Of a stretch of 64,000 nt of DNA, positions 1 through 8,266 are shown in pieces. Position 1 is the stretch's first letter. Each line of letters begins with the position of its first letter. Origin of the DNA: a virus; the IMG/VR virus record IMGVR_UViG_3300027974_000032, positions 1-64,000 of that record, one strand, 5' to 3'. The notes beneath the pieces were generated by a model. It saw nothing but the letters and a program-made list of their open reading frames with translations. It was not told where the DNA came from and did no database searches. The position numbers and the translations under genes were made by a program.

Positions 1-567
1 AATATTGATTACTATTCTTTCTTCTGTATATTGAGGTGAAGATGATGAGTGATAGGTCAAACCATCAAACATTATTGCTGATCCAGCCTTTGGAGAAATT
101 GACCTGTTAACCGTAAGTACTGGGTCTTGATCAGATGAGTGCTTTTGATGAAAGATTATTGTATCCCCATCTGAGTCATTTACATAGTATAGTAAAACCA
201 TATGTGGTGTGGTCATATCTACATGGGGTGGGTGTATATGATCTTGTTTATCTGTTTTATTTAAGATGTTTGCTTTAATTCTTAAGGTTTCTTTGATCTC
301 TATCCCGTGTTTTTTAGCAAAGGTGTTTAGTATGTTGCTGCCAATTTCATGGATATCTGACATCTTTTTGTTATTAAAAGATGCTGCATGAGAGTGTTGC
401 TTATCCTCTGATACCGTTATATTCTTATTTTTTAACTTTAGATATTGGCGTATACCGCTTGTGTTTTCAAGGGTATGCCAAACAATATTTCTATTATTTT
501 TTGTTACTGCTTGGCTTACTTCAAGAATCTGATCTAAACTTAAAAAGTTATCATCATAGATAAACAA
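1..567 (-). CDS. 2OG-Fe(II) oxygenase-like protein, 3'-truncated by window edge; paralog of 10972..11580
   Basis: Not in ORF track; manual translation from TTG at 567 (AAGGA upstream): LFIYDDNFLS...PHVD...LLYYVNDSDGDT...PKAGSAIMFDGLTYH...RIVINI (HxD...H...R). Confidence 0.75.
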   Translation of the reverse strand, partial: MFIYDDNFLSLDQILEVSQAVTKNNRNIVWHTLENTSGIRQYLKLKNKNITVSEDKQHSHAASFNNKKMSDIHEIGSNILNTFAKKHGIEIKETLRIKANILNKTDKQDHIHPPHVDMTTPHMVLLYYVNDSDGDTIIFHQKHSSDQDPVLTVNRSISPKAGSAIMFDGLTYHSSSSPQYTEERIVINI

Positions 568-576
568 CTTTATCCT

Positions 577-981
577 TTAGGAGTTCCAGTTCCATACATG
601 GTCATACTTTTCCCAAGCATGGGTTCCACTAAGATTAAAAGCACTAATAAAGGCAGTAAAAGTACCGTCTGCGTCAACAATTACGTTACTTGCTCTGAAA
701 ACATTAAAAGTCTGACCATTCATTGCTTGATCTTCTGGATTGACCAAACCACTAACTGTTACTACGTACGGAGTGCTTTCTGTCATATAGTCTGTTAAGT
801 ATGGAGGGAAAGAATTATTAAAGAACATTGTGCTATTGCTAAATACTGCGTCATAGCCAACATCATTAAGATTAACGGTTGATATGCTTAAGGTTCTAGA
901 AAATGTTGCTCCAGCATTTCCCATAACATTACCTGAGCCTGTTATTGTTCCTGTTCCAAATATTCCTCTTGGTGCTACCAT
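577..981 (-). CDS. hypothetical protein
   Basis: 134 aa ORF, AGGAGG SD and TATAAT upstream. Confidence 0.7.
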   Translation of the reverse strand: MVAPRGIFGTGTITGSGNVMGNAGATFSRTLSISTVNLNDVGYDAVFSNSTMFFNNSFPPYLTDYMTESTPYVVTVSGLVNPEDQAMNGQTFNVFRASNVIVDADGTFTAFISAFNLSGTHAWEKYDHVWNWNS

Positions 982-1023
982 AGTTATAACCTCCTAGATT
1001 ATAGGTTAATTATATCATCATAT

Positions 1024-1052
1024 TTGACATACCCTGCTCAATACGGTATAAT
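1024..1052 (+). promoter_or_regulatory. consensus sigmaA/sigma70 promoter, leaderless (ATG 6 nt after -10)
   Basis: TTGACA-17 bp-TATAAT, ATG at 1059. Confidence 0.85.
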
Positions 1053-1058
1053 TAGAGT

Positions 1059-1202
1059 ATGACAAACCAAGAAATAGCAACATTATTAGATCAAGAATCC
1101 TATCGTATATGGGATACTACCAAGGTTATTAAAAATCAAGACTATCATGATGGATTAGTCAAGGGTCTTAAGATGGCATCTAAATTGGTGGCTAAACTAT
1201 GA
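1059..1202 (+). CDS. small hypothetical protein (47 aa)
   Basis: MTNQEIATLLDQESY...; ATGA-coupled to next ORF. Confidence 0.65.
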   Translation: MTNQEIATLLDQESYRIWDTTKVIKNQDYHDGLVKGLKMASKLVAKL

Positions 1203-1372
1203 GCGTTGATGATATGATGCTAAGAGAAGAGATTGCAAGGGCTATTGAAGCATTGCCTATCGAGGACTCAATTACAAACGCACTTGGGATGCGTATTCTT
1301 GCAGCAAAGGTTGCAAGAGGCAAAGACAACTATGCATCAAGTCTTTTTGAGCAACAGATTGATTTTGAATGA
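1199..1372 (+). CDS. small hypothetical protein (57 aa)
   Basis: MSVDDMMLREEIARAIE...; ATGA overlaps at both ends. Confidence 0.65.
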   Translation: MSVDDMMLREEIARAIEALPIEDSITNALGMRILAAKVARGKDNYASSLFEQQIDFE

Positions 1373-1503
1373 AAGAGCCCAAGATAACGCAAATGGACTG
1401 GCGTAGCCTTGGTTATTGGCCTGTCTGGAAAGATGGCAAAAAGGTTTGGGTTCCTAAAGATAAGGTGGATTATGAAGCACACGACAAAGATTCAAAGGAC
1501 TAG
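1369..1503 (+). CDS. small hypothetical protein (44 aa)
   Basis: MKEPKITQMDWRSLGYWPVWKDGKKVW...; ATGA coupling. Confidence 0.6.
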   Translation: MKEPKITQMDWRSLGYWPVWKDGKKVWVPKDKVDYEAHDKDSKD

Positions 1504-1717
1504 AATACTTCCACTACGATGGATTGGAAATTTTCTTGGTGAATACGCTGGTAATCATTTAGTTAAGGCTATTGACCTAGATGAAGATGAAAACTATGGT
1601 TGGCGATATAAGTATCATTCAAAGATGTGGACAATTCTTAACAAACCTTATGAATTATGGGGAACATATTACCTTCTTGATATGAAAGCAATTAAAAAGG
1701 GCTGGGATCAAAATTGA
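1472..1717 (+). CDS. hypothetical protein
   Basis: Track ORF 1409..1717; likelier start MKHTT at 1472 after AAGGTGG. Confidence 0.6.
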   Translation: MKHTTKIQRTRILPLRWIGNFLGEYAGNHLVKAIDLDEDENYGWRYKYHSKMWTILNKPYELWGTYYLLDMKAIKKGWDQN

Positions 1718-1869
1718 ATATTAACAATATGTTTAAGTTAGCCAATCAACTAAATAAGTTTGAGTTGGCATTAAGATTAAAATGTGAAATATGTAGACCC
1801 AAACTATTAGGTCATCCAGGAAACTATCCTGTTTGTAATAAACACGAAACTAAGAGAGATGTGGTATGA
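1714..1869 (+). CDS. small CxxC...CxxH protein
   Basis: ...LKCEICRP...VCNKH; TTGA overlap with previous gene. Confidence 0.45.
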   Translation: MNINNMFKLANQLNKFELALRLKCEICRPKLLGHPGNYPVCNKHETKRDVV

Positions 1870-1876
1870 TTAATTT

Positions 1877-2002
1877 ATGAAAAAAACCTATAAGTGTCCA
1901 GAATGCAAGACATCAATTATTATTAATACAAAAGTGCATGAACTTCCAGAATCAATAATCTGTCCATGTGATGCAATCATGCCTGCTGCAGAAGCAAAGT
2001 AA
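1877..2002 (+). CDS. small zinc-ribbon protein (41 aa), leaderless
   Basis: MKKTYKCPECK...ICPC; TGGTATGAT 6 nt upstream of ATG. Confidence 0.6.
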   Translation: MKKTYKCPECKTSIIINTKVHELPESIICPCDAIMPAAEAK

Positions 2003-2011
2003 TCGCCAAAC

Positions 2012-2040
2012 TTGACAATCACTAAGGTGGTTGTTATACT
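2012..2040 (+). promoter_or_regulatory. sigmaA-type promoter
   Basis: TTGACA-17-TATACT. Confidence 0.8.
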
Positions 2041-2064
2041 TATGTATAGTCTATTGGAGGTATT

Positions 2065-2160
2065 ATGATTAATGTTTTATTTTTAATTCCCGCTTTTGTT
2101 GCTGGCTGGGTATTTTGTTATTTTTTTATGACACTTGGAGTCAACCAAGATGAAGCCTGA
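2065..2160 (+). CDS. small membrane peptide (31 aa)
   Basis: GGAGG SD; MINVLFLIPAFVAGWVFCYFF. Confidence 0.55.
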   Translation: MINVLFLIPAFVAGWVFCYFFMTLGVNQDEA

Positions 2161-2287
2161 CATTGCTGAAATTGATCGTGAAATAAGAGATCAGATAATC
2201 AAGGAACATATGTTTAAATACTACCATTGGACAGTTGGAATCATGTCATTTTTGATTGGAACATTTTTTGGAATGTTAATAAAATAA
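2150..2287 (+). CDS. small protein with C-terminal TM helix (45 aa)
   Basis: MKPDIAEIDREIRDQ...WTVGIMSFLIGTFFGMLIK. Confidence 0.55.
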   Translation: MKPDIAEIDREIRDQIIKEHMFKYYHWTVGIMSFLIGTFFGMLIK

Positions 2288-2292
2288 ACAAA

Positions 2293-2844
2293 ATGGAAAA
2301 ATGGTTACTTGATAATATTATTTTTGTTACATTTCCTAGATCAGGTTTAAACTATTTTGCTGAATACTTTGAGCAAGCCACAAACTTTTATCTACCAAGA
2401 AGTCATTTTTATAAAAGAGATGAAAATAGGGAGGTATTTTCAATTGTAAGAAGCCCAATCGATACCATTGTATCTGGAGTTTCTCAACATATTAATTCCA
2501 AACCTGATGATTCTATTGAAAGAGTTGCAAAAGATACAGCAAAAGAATACTTTATGTTTTATAATTATGTTATAAATCAAAAAGTACGGAACATTATAAG
2601 TTACAATGATTTTATAAAAGATCCAGCAAATACTATCAAAAATTTTTCTAATTGCTTAGATTTAGAAAATGTTAGTATAGATTATACAAATATTCTAAAG
2701 CCCCATCATGACTATGTTCCAAGTAGTAAAAATTTAGAGGTTTATAGCGATGTTTTAATGTATGTAAAAACCTTAGATTTGTCTATACATCAAATAGAGT
2801 ATCAGAAATCTCTTAGCAAAAACATTTTGTTTAATAAAAGGTAA
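2293..2844 (+). CDS. sulfotransferase-domain-like protein
   Basis: TFPRSGLNY (5'-PSB-like), VRSPIDTIVS (3'-PB-like), SYNDFIKDP. Confidence 0.65.
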   Translation: MEKWLLDNIIFVTFPRSGLNYFAEYFEQATNFYLPRSHFYKRDENREVFSIVRSPIDTIVSGVSQHINSKPDDSIERVAKDTAKEYFMFYNYVINQKVRNIISYNDFIKDPANTIKNFSNCLDLENVSIDYTNILKPHHDYVPSSKNLEVYSDVLMYVKTLDLSIHQIEYQKSLSKNILFNKR

Positions 2845-2853
2845 TTAACCTTT

Positions 2854-2927
2854 GCACCAGTAGCCAAGTTGGTTAAGGCACCGAACTCATAATTCGGCTA
2901 TCGTAGGTTCAAGTCCTACCTGGTGTA
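2854..2927 (+). tRNA. tRNA with CAT anticodon (Met or Ile2)
   Basis: GCACCAG/CTGGTGT acceptor; CCGAA-CTCATAA-TTCGG; GTTCAAGTC T-loop. Confidence 0.9.
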
Positions 2928-2928
2928 C

Positions 2929-2957
2929 TTGACATACCGTGCAGAATTCGGTATACT
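2929..2957 (+). promoter_or_regulatory. sigmaA-type promoter
   Basis: TTGACA-17-TATACT directly after the tRNA. Confidence 0.8.
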
Positions 2958-2986
2958 TATAACATACCTACTAACAAAGGATTACA

Positions 2987-3985
2987 ATGAAGAAAATTGC
3001 TTTCATCCTACTAATAACAGTATTTTCAGTAGTTATTGCTCCTGCACAGGCATCAGACTTGTTGGCTATTGATAAGACATACTTGCCTAAAATTTCTTCT
3101 GCAGAATCACAGTATGCTAACGCATTGTCAAAATGGAAAGAAATTGATCAGGTTAAAATAACAAACGACAGTCTTCGTGTGTCCAAAATTGATGTGGTCT
3201 TCTTCAATTCAAGATTTGGTCTTTCTACAATAACTTTGAGCAACCAAGATCAAGATAGATACCCTGGCCCACCTAAAAGAATTTTAGGAAAGATAATTTC
3301 TGGAACAACAGATTGCTGTGCATTTGGATCAATTCCTGGAGGAAGAGACTCTATTTATGAACTCATTGCTTCAAACTTTGATGCTGCATACCAAGAATTT
3401 AATTGGGACTTAGAGCAAGAATATTCAACAAGTATTCACATGAGCACAGCAGCACAAGCAATTTCAGCATTTCAGCAAGGGTGGATGTGGTCTGTAAAGC
3501 AAGATGGCACTAAGGTTTCTTTCTCTGAATTTGAGACAACAAGATCTTTAGTTAAATCATCATATGCAAATTTGCAATCATTAAAAAATGAGTATGTAAA
3601 CGCAAGGTCTGACCACTTCGCTGAAGTTGATTGGATCAAAAATGCAAACATGAACCTATTATTAAATTTTCCTGCAACAGTTAAAAATAATTTAATTAAG
3701 CAAGGATACTTTAAGCCTTTAAAGACAACCTCTTATACATACGAAACTGGAAGATACATAGCAAAGGCAAGGGTAAGTGGAAACACTGCCATTGTAACTG
3801 GTTATTGGGAGACCAAGACAGCGTACGATGTTCCTACCAAAAAAGAGCAGGCTGATTGGATGAAAGAATCTCAAAAAAGATTAGATGTATCAGTTAAAGA
3901 ATACAATAGTATTATTGAAACAGCAAAGTTTAATGGTTATGTTGTTATATGTAAGCCAAATATTCCTTGTCAGGTATCATTTTAA
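2987..3985 (+). CDS. exported hypothetical protein
   Basis: Signal peptide MKKIAFILLITVFSVVIAPAQA; AAGGA SD. Confidence 0.75.
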   Translation: MKKIAFILLITVFSVVIAPAQASDLLAIDKTYLPKISSAESQYANALSKWKEIDQVKITNDSLRVSKIDVVFFNSRFGLSTITLSNQDQDRYPGPPKRILGKIISGTTDCCAFGSIPGGRDSIYELIASNFDAAYQEFNWDLEQEYSTSIHMSTAAQAISAFQQGWMWSVKQDGTKVSFSEFETTRSLVKSSYANLQSLKNEYVNARSDHFAEVDWIKNANMNLLLNFPATVKNNLIKQGYFKPLKTTSYTYETGRYIAKARVSGNTAIVTGYWETKTAYDVPTKKEQADWMKESQKRLDVSVKEYNSIIETAKFNGYVVICKPNIPCQVSF

Positions 3986-4029
3986 GATTATCTGCAAACC
4001 AGCGGTATATAAAAATATATCAAAAGTTT

Positions 4030-4106
4030 ACATCTGTAACTCAGTTGGTTAGAGTACCTGCCTTATATGCAGAGAGCCGAAGGTTCAAGTCCTTCCAGAT
4101 GTACCA
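4030..4106 (+). tRNA. tRNA-Ile(UAU)
   Basis: ACATCTG/CAGATGT acceptor; CCTGC-CTTATAT-GCAGA anticodon arm; GTTCAAGTC; encoded CCA. Confidence 0.85.
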
Positions 4107-4814
4107 CTATCCTAGATTTCCTCCACTAAGTGGATCTAAATACATAAAAATATATTTATGTGGCCACATTCTAAACTTATGCTTTTTAATTGGAAGGTCT
4201 TTAATATTAAAACCTATTAGACATTCTGGATTTATTGCAGCACCAGATGAGATCATATGGTCAACATTGCTAAATACCGAACAATATTTATCCATTAGTT
4301 CTGGAGATCCTATTGCAAAATAATCATTAATGGCATAATTTATGTTATGCTCTGTATATGGGGTGTAATCTTTTATATGTATCAAGTTTTTTTCATAGTT
4401 GTCAATTGGATCTATACAATTTGGAACAAAGGTAATATCTGTTCTAATCCTAATGACATAATCATAACTAATATTGTTATTAATTTCATATTGTTTTCTT
4501 ATGTTATTAACTTTTTCTATACCATAAAACATTGAAAGCATATTTTGTGTAATCCATGGAAACCTAATATCCTGAATGATGTCTGACCTATTAAATTCAA
4601 ATGGTTGCTCAAAACATATGTCTACTGGATTTAACCCCCTAATAATTCTTATACCCTTTGTGTCAATTTCGTCTGATGAGCACCAAAGGTGTGCAAAAAT
4701 ATCTACCTCATATTCTGGATTAAGCAAAATAAAATTTTCATAATGATTGTTAAAACAATCTAACAAGTTTCTTATTTCTCCAGAATACTGTATTGCTATA
4801 CGTCTCATAGTCAT
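4107..4814 (-). CDS. putative glycosyltransferase-like / polysaccharide-locus protein
   Basis: RIAIQYSGEIR, YDYVIRIRTDI, INDYFAIGS motifs. Confidence 0.55.
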   Translation of the reverse strand: MTMRRIAIQYSGEIRNLLDCFNNHYENFILLNPEYEVDIFAHLWCSSDEIDTKGIRIIRGLNPVDICFEQPFEFNRSDIIQDIRFPWITQNMLSMFYGIEKVNNIRKQYEINNNISYDYVIRIRTDITFVPNCIDPIDNYEKNLIHIKDYTPYTEHNINYAINDYFAIGSPELMDKYCSVFSNVDHMISSGAAINPECLIGFNIKDLPIKKHKFRMWPHKYIFMYLDPLSGGNLG

Positions 4815-4830
4815 TTTATTATAGCATGGC

Positions 4831-4859
4831 TTGACAGGTCTGGTTTTAAACTGTATACT
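4831..4859 (+). promoter_or_regulatory. sigmaA-type promoter for tRNA-Arg (divergent TATAAT at 4818-4823 on minus strand)
   Basis: TTGACA-17-TATACT. Confidence 0.8.
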
Positions 4860-4867
4860 TAGTGTAT

Positions 4868-4943
4868 ACCCCTGTAGTTCAGTGGACAGAACGATGGACT
4901 TCTAAGCCATGCGTCGCAGGTTCGATTCCTGCCAGGGGTACCA
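4868..4943 (+). tRNA. tRNA-Arg(UCU)
   Basis: ACCCCTG/CAGGGGT; CTTCTAA loop; GTTCGATTC; CCA. Confidence 0.92.
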
Positions 4944-4984
4944 ATGGTTATGCTGTATAATTAAAATAGAAATGAGGCTGATTT

Positions 4985-6001
4985 TTGACAATAGATATAC
5001 TTGAACAATATTCTTATAATGAAGAAACAAAGAAACTTTTAGATTTTTATTTATTGCAACTTAATAGCCCTTCTTTTATTCCTGGAATAATAAAAATGAC
5101 AAGAGATAATTTAAACGTGCAAGAGGGGCTCACAACATTTGACGAAGTTAATGAATATAAAATAAATAATAATGGGTTTAGAGGTTCTAATTTTACAAAT
5201 AAACAGATAGATATTTTGGGTGCTGGTTGCTCTGTGACTTTTGGCATTGGTGTGCCAGAAGATGGGACATGGGTTAAGATTTTGTCAGAAATTCAAAATA
5301 AAAGTTATGTCAACCTATCTCTACCAGGATCTTCAGTAACTGAAATTTGTAATAAGATAGTAAAGTATTGTATGAATTATGGTAATCCAAAATCTGTTTA
5401 TTGCCTATTCCCTGATTTCTTTAGAATGCTTTTTGTGCAAGATTTTAATTATGATGTTGCTAAAAAATATCTTGGTAGTAGTTCTAATATTGACAAAACC
5501 ATAAAACTTTCTACTCCAAATGTTGCTAACACAATGTCTCATTTTTATGAAAATAATAAAGACAAGTTGTTAGTCGAAATTGATAGAAAAGATGGTAGGT
5601 CTTTAGAAAATTCTATATCACCACATCAGGCAGTTCTAGAATCAATTAACTCAATATACTTTTTAGAATCTTTTTGTAAAACAAACAACATAAAACTATT
5701 TTGGTCCACATGGTCTAATATTACAAAAGTTTTGCTTGATAAACTAAATGAAATTAAAAATTTTGAACTAACACAATATTTTGCATTTGATGAAATAACA
5801 TATAAAACTTATAATCCAAATAATATTGTAAATAAATGCAAATCTTCTCATGACTCAAAATTTATATCTAGTATTTGTTGGGAAGAGGGCAGTGATTTTA
5901 TGGCAGAAAATAATAAAAAGGTTAAGCACTTTATGTCACATCCTGGAATTCATTTTCACTATCACACCGCAGAAATGTTTAACTCATTAGTTGACCAATA
6001 G
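4985..6001 (+). CDS. SGNH/GDSL-like hypothetical protein; paralog of 23061..23954
   Basis: NNNGFRG...GAGCSVTFGIG...NLSLPGSS...HPG. Confidence 0.6.
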   Translation: MTIDILEQYSYNEETKKLLDFYLLQLNSPSFIPGIIKMTRDNLNVQEGLTTFDEVNEYKINNNGFRGSNFTNKQIDILGAGCSVTFGIGVPEDGTWVKILSEIQNKSYVNLSLPGSSVTEICNKIVKYCMNYGNPKSVYCLFPDFFRMLFVQDFNYDVAKKYLGSSSNIDKTIKLSTPNVANTMSHFYENNKDKLLVEIDRKDGRSLENSISPHQAVLESINSIYFLESFCKTNNIKLFWSTWSNITKVLLDKLNEIKNFELTQYFAFDEITYKTYNPNNIVNKCKSSHDSKFISSICWEEGSDFMAENNKKVKHFMSHPGIHFHYHTAEMFNSLVDQ

Positions 6002-6019
6002 CGTTTTAAGTGCTATACT
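5991..6019 (+). promoter_or_regulatory. promoter of tRNA cluster
   Basis: TTGACC-17-TATACT with TG extension. Confidence 0.75.
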
Positions 6020-6031
6020 AATATAGTACAT

Positions 6032-6104
6032 TGGCCCATAACTCAGTTGGTAGAGTGCCGAACTGTTAATTCGGATGTCCCAGGATCGAAACCTGGTGGG
6101 CCAG
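6032..6104 (+). tRNA. tRNA-Asn(GUU)
   Basis: TGGCCCA/TGGGCCA; CCGAA-CTGTTAA-TTCGG; T-loop variant GATCGAAA. Confidence 0.88.
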
Positions 6105-6108
6105 CGAA

Positions 6109-6182
6109 GGTCTCGTAGTTCAGTTGGTTAGAACGCCACCCTGTCACGGTGGAGGTCGACGGTTCGAGTCCGTTCGGGATCG
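6109..6182 (+). tRNA. tRNA-Asp(GUC)
   Basis: CCACC-CTGTCAC-GGTGG; GTTCGAGTC. Confidence 0.92.
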
Positions 6183-6186
6183 CAAG

Positions 6187-6257
6187 GCGAGTGTTGCATA
6201 ATGGTAGTGCATCATCCTTCCAAGTTGATTGTGCCAGTTCGATTCTGGTCACTCGCT
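6187..6257 (+). tRNA. tRNA-Gly(UCC)
   Basis: GCGAGTG/CACTCGC; CTTCCAA loop; GTTCGATTC. Confidence 0.9.
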
Positions 6258-6267
6258 CTAGTAACAA

Positions 6268-6340
6268 GTCTCCATGGTCTAGGGGCCTAGGACTCCACCC
6301 TTTCACGGTGGCAACACGGGTTCGAATCCCGTTGGAGATA
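6268..6340 (+). tRNA. tRNA-Glu(UUC)
   Basis: GTCTCCA/TGGAGAT; CCACC-CTTTCAC-GGTGG; GTTCGAATC. Confidence 0.92.
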
Positions 6341-6341
6341 C

Positions 6342-6902
6342 ATGAGTATAATAGTTGCAACATATCCAAGGTCTGGTTCAACATACCTTACATTGTTATT
6401 TTCTTTTGCTTTTAATCAGAAAATTGATAAGGTACACCTTGATCAAGATGGTCAGTTAGAAGATTTAAAAAACTATGATTTTTCAATTGGAACAGTTAGA
6501 GAGCCAGTCGACTCTATTACATCAATTGTTGCCATGGAAGCACTTCATTTTAGAAACGGTGATGAATTTGAATCATATACAAATGAAACAATAGAAAAAA
6601 GAATAAAAGAGTATGTAAATTTTTATACATTATCACTTAGCAATATTGATCTATTATTTGATTACGATAAAATTAATTCTAAAAGGTTTGAAATTCTTGA
6701 TTATGTATCCACAGTTACTAATAATAAAATAATCAACAAAGAGTATATTGATTTAGTTAAAGATAGACCAGAAATAGGTTACTTAAGATCTTCAAAAACT
6801 TATGATCGATATGATTTAATAAGGGAAAAGGTTTTATCCTATGACCTATCTGAATGTTTTATCGTTTACAATAAGAACAAAATGCAGACTGTGGATCTTT
6901 AA
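6342..6902 (+). CDS. sulfotransferase-domain-like protein; paralog of 2293..2844
   Basis: ATYPRSGSTYL, VREPVDSITS. Confidence 0.65.
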   Translation: MSIIVATYPRSGSTYLTLLFSFAFNQKIDKVHLDQDGQLEDLKNYDFSIGTVREPVDSITSIVAMEALHFRNGDEFESYTNETIEKRIKEYVNFYTLSLSNIDLLFDYDKINSKRFEILDYVSTVTNNKIINKEYIDLVKDRPEIGYLRSSKTYDRYDLIREKVLSYDLSECFIVYNKNKMQTVDL

Positions 6903-7470
6903 AAGCAATAGATACAGAGTGTCTAGGTGTTAAAGATTCTACACTATGAACAACAAATTTTGGTATGTACATAAAGTCACCTTCACGCAAATGGTGCTCC
7001 TGAATTCCTTCATCTTTGTATATTCTCCAAAGAGTTTCACCTTCATTTTGAATAAAAAACCCATCAACATCATCAATATGTATAGTAGGTCTAAAAGACT
7101 CTGGACTAAGAACTTCTTGTGGCTGTTGGTGTGGTGTTCTTTGTATAAACTTTTCCTTAAACTCAACTCCATCTTGGTCATTTAATTCATTGCTTCTACC
7201 TGTAAGAAAGTGTAAAATTGACATTGCCCCTATGGGCTCTCCACCATGAACATGCTGAATATCTTTAATTATTTCATCATACACACTAGTATATTTTTCT
7301 GTATTTTCTATAGCCATTGTTGCAAAAGATACATGCCTTATGTTTCTTTCGTTTGCTACATCGTAAACCTCAGATACATCTTTCCATTTAGCAGATTTGC
7401 TTATTTCATTTCTTAAAACAACTACATTCCTTGCTTTTTTTGCACCCTCAATTTGATCCTTAGTAAACAT
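6859..7470 (-). CDS. JmjC/cupin-4-like oxygenase
   Basis: HIDDVDGFFIQNEGETLW...EGDFMYIPKFVVHSV. Confidence 0.7.
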   Translation of the reverse strand: MFTKDQIEGAKKARNVVVLRNEISKSAKWKDVSEVYDVANERNIRHVSFATMAIENTEKYTSVYDEIIKDIQHVHGGEPIGAMSILHFLTGRSNELNDQDGVEFKEKFIQRTPHQQPQEVLSPESFRPTIHIDDVDGFFIQNEGETLWRIYKDEGIQEHHLREGDFMYIPKFVVHSVESLTPRHSVSIAFKDPQSAFCSYCKR

Positions 7471-7472
7471 AT

Positions 7473-7610
7473 TTATCCGTTATTCTTTTCTTTGTGCTTG
7501 GGTGTGTATGGCTCTATCTTAGATTTAATACGGCCATCTTTATATAACCTTACAATCCATCCATCTTTAATTTGAACTGGATTAAAAGCATGTGACTTTT
7601 TCTTTGGCAT
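7473..7610 (-). CDS. small basic protein (45 aa)
   Basis: MPKKKSHAFNPVQIKDGWIVRLYKDGRIK...; TAATG coupling. Confidence 0.6.
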   Translation of the reverse strand: MPKKKSHAFNPVQIKDGWIVRLYKDGRIKSKIEPYTPKHKEKNNG

Positions 7611-8266
7611 TATTTAAACAACCTATCTATTCGTGTTTGTTTTGTGTAGTCTTTTGCTGAAAGCAATATTGATTCTGATTTTCCTACTGGTACACAATTT
7701 GGAACCATCTTTCCATTTTTATCTTTCATGCCTCTTTGAACATATCCTTCCCAACATGGGTCAGCCTTTCCAATTGAAGAGTCATACATTGCCATTTGTG
7801 TTTCTGCATCCAATCCACCACCACATTCAGGGCATGATGCACAAGCAATATTTTGTTCTATGCATATCGCACACTCACATTTTTGATAAGTATTTGTTGG
7901 CATTATAGGATTTTCTGGCAGTGGTGCATCTGCTTTCATTGATTCGTTGATAGGAATAGGATTAGCACATGTTGGACAATCTGGACAGTCTACATTCATT
8001 TGCTTACACATTTCACAATCACATCCCTGATAGGTAGATAAAGGAATTATTTCATTCTGAATTGATTTACCAAATGCTGATCCAGCCCAAATCTCTACAC
8101 CTGGTTTATTATGTATACCAGAACCAAGTGGTCGTCCTTGATTTGTTCTCATGTATTGTGGCTTTTTCATTCCCACTGAAGGATTGATATGTGGGGAAGG
8201 ATTTGCTGGTTCTGGATCTGTAACAATAGGGTTATTGTGTACACTCATTGGGGTATCAGACTTCAT
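7610..8266 (-). CDS. Cys-rich modular protein with CWxGY...VPNCV module
   Basis: Two TYQxCxCxxC-x5-CxxCPxC units; CWEGYVQRGMKDKNGKMVPNCVP; TACAAT 7 nt before ATG. Confidence 0.7.
   Translation of the reverse strand: MKSDTPMSVHNNPIVTDPEPANPSPHINPSVGMKKPQYMRTNQGRPLGSGIHNKPGVEIWAGSAFGKSIQNEIIPLSTYQGCDCEMCKQMNVDCPDCPTCANPIPINESMKADAPLPENPIMPTNTYQKCECAICIEQNIACASCPECGGGLDAETQMAMYDSSIGKADPCWEGYVQRGMKDKNGKMVPNCVPVGKSESILLSAKDYTKQTRIDRLFK

Noticed and set aside
3967-4323. 118-aa ORF
   Set aside because: Overlaps tRNA-Ile and the antisense CDS
6043-6415. ORFs 6043..6384 (-) and 6149..6415 (+)
   Set aside because: Shadows of the tRNA cluster
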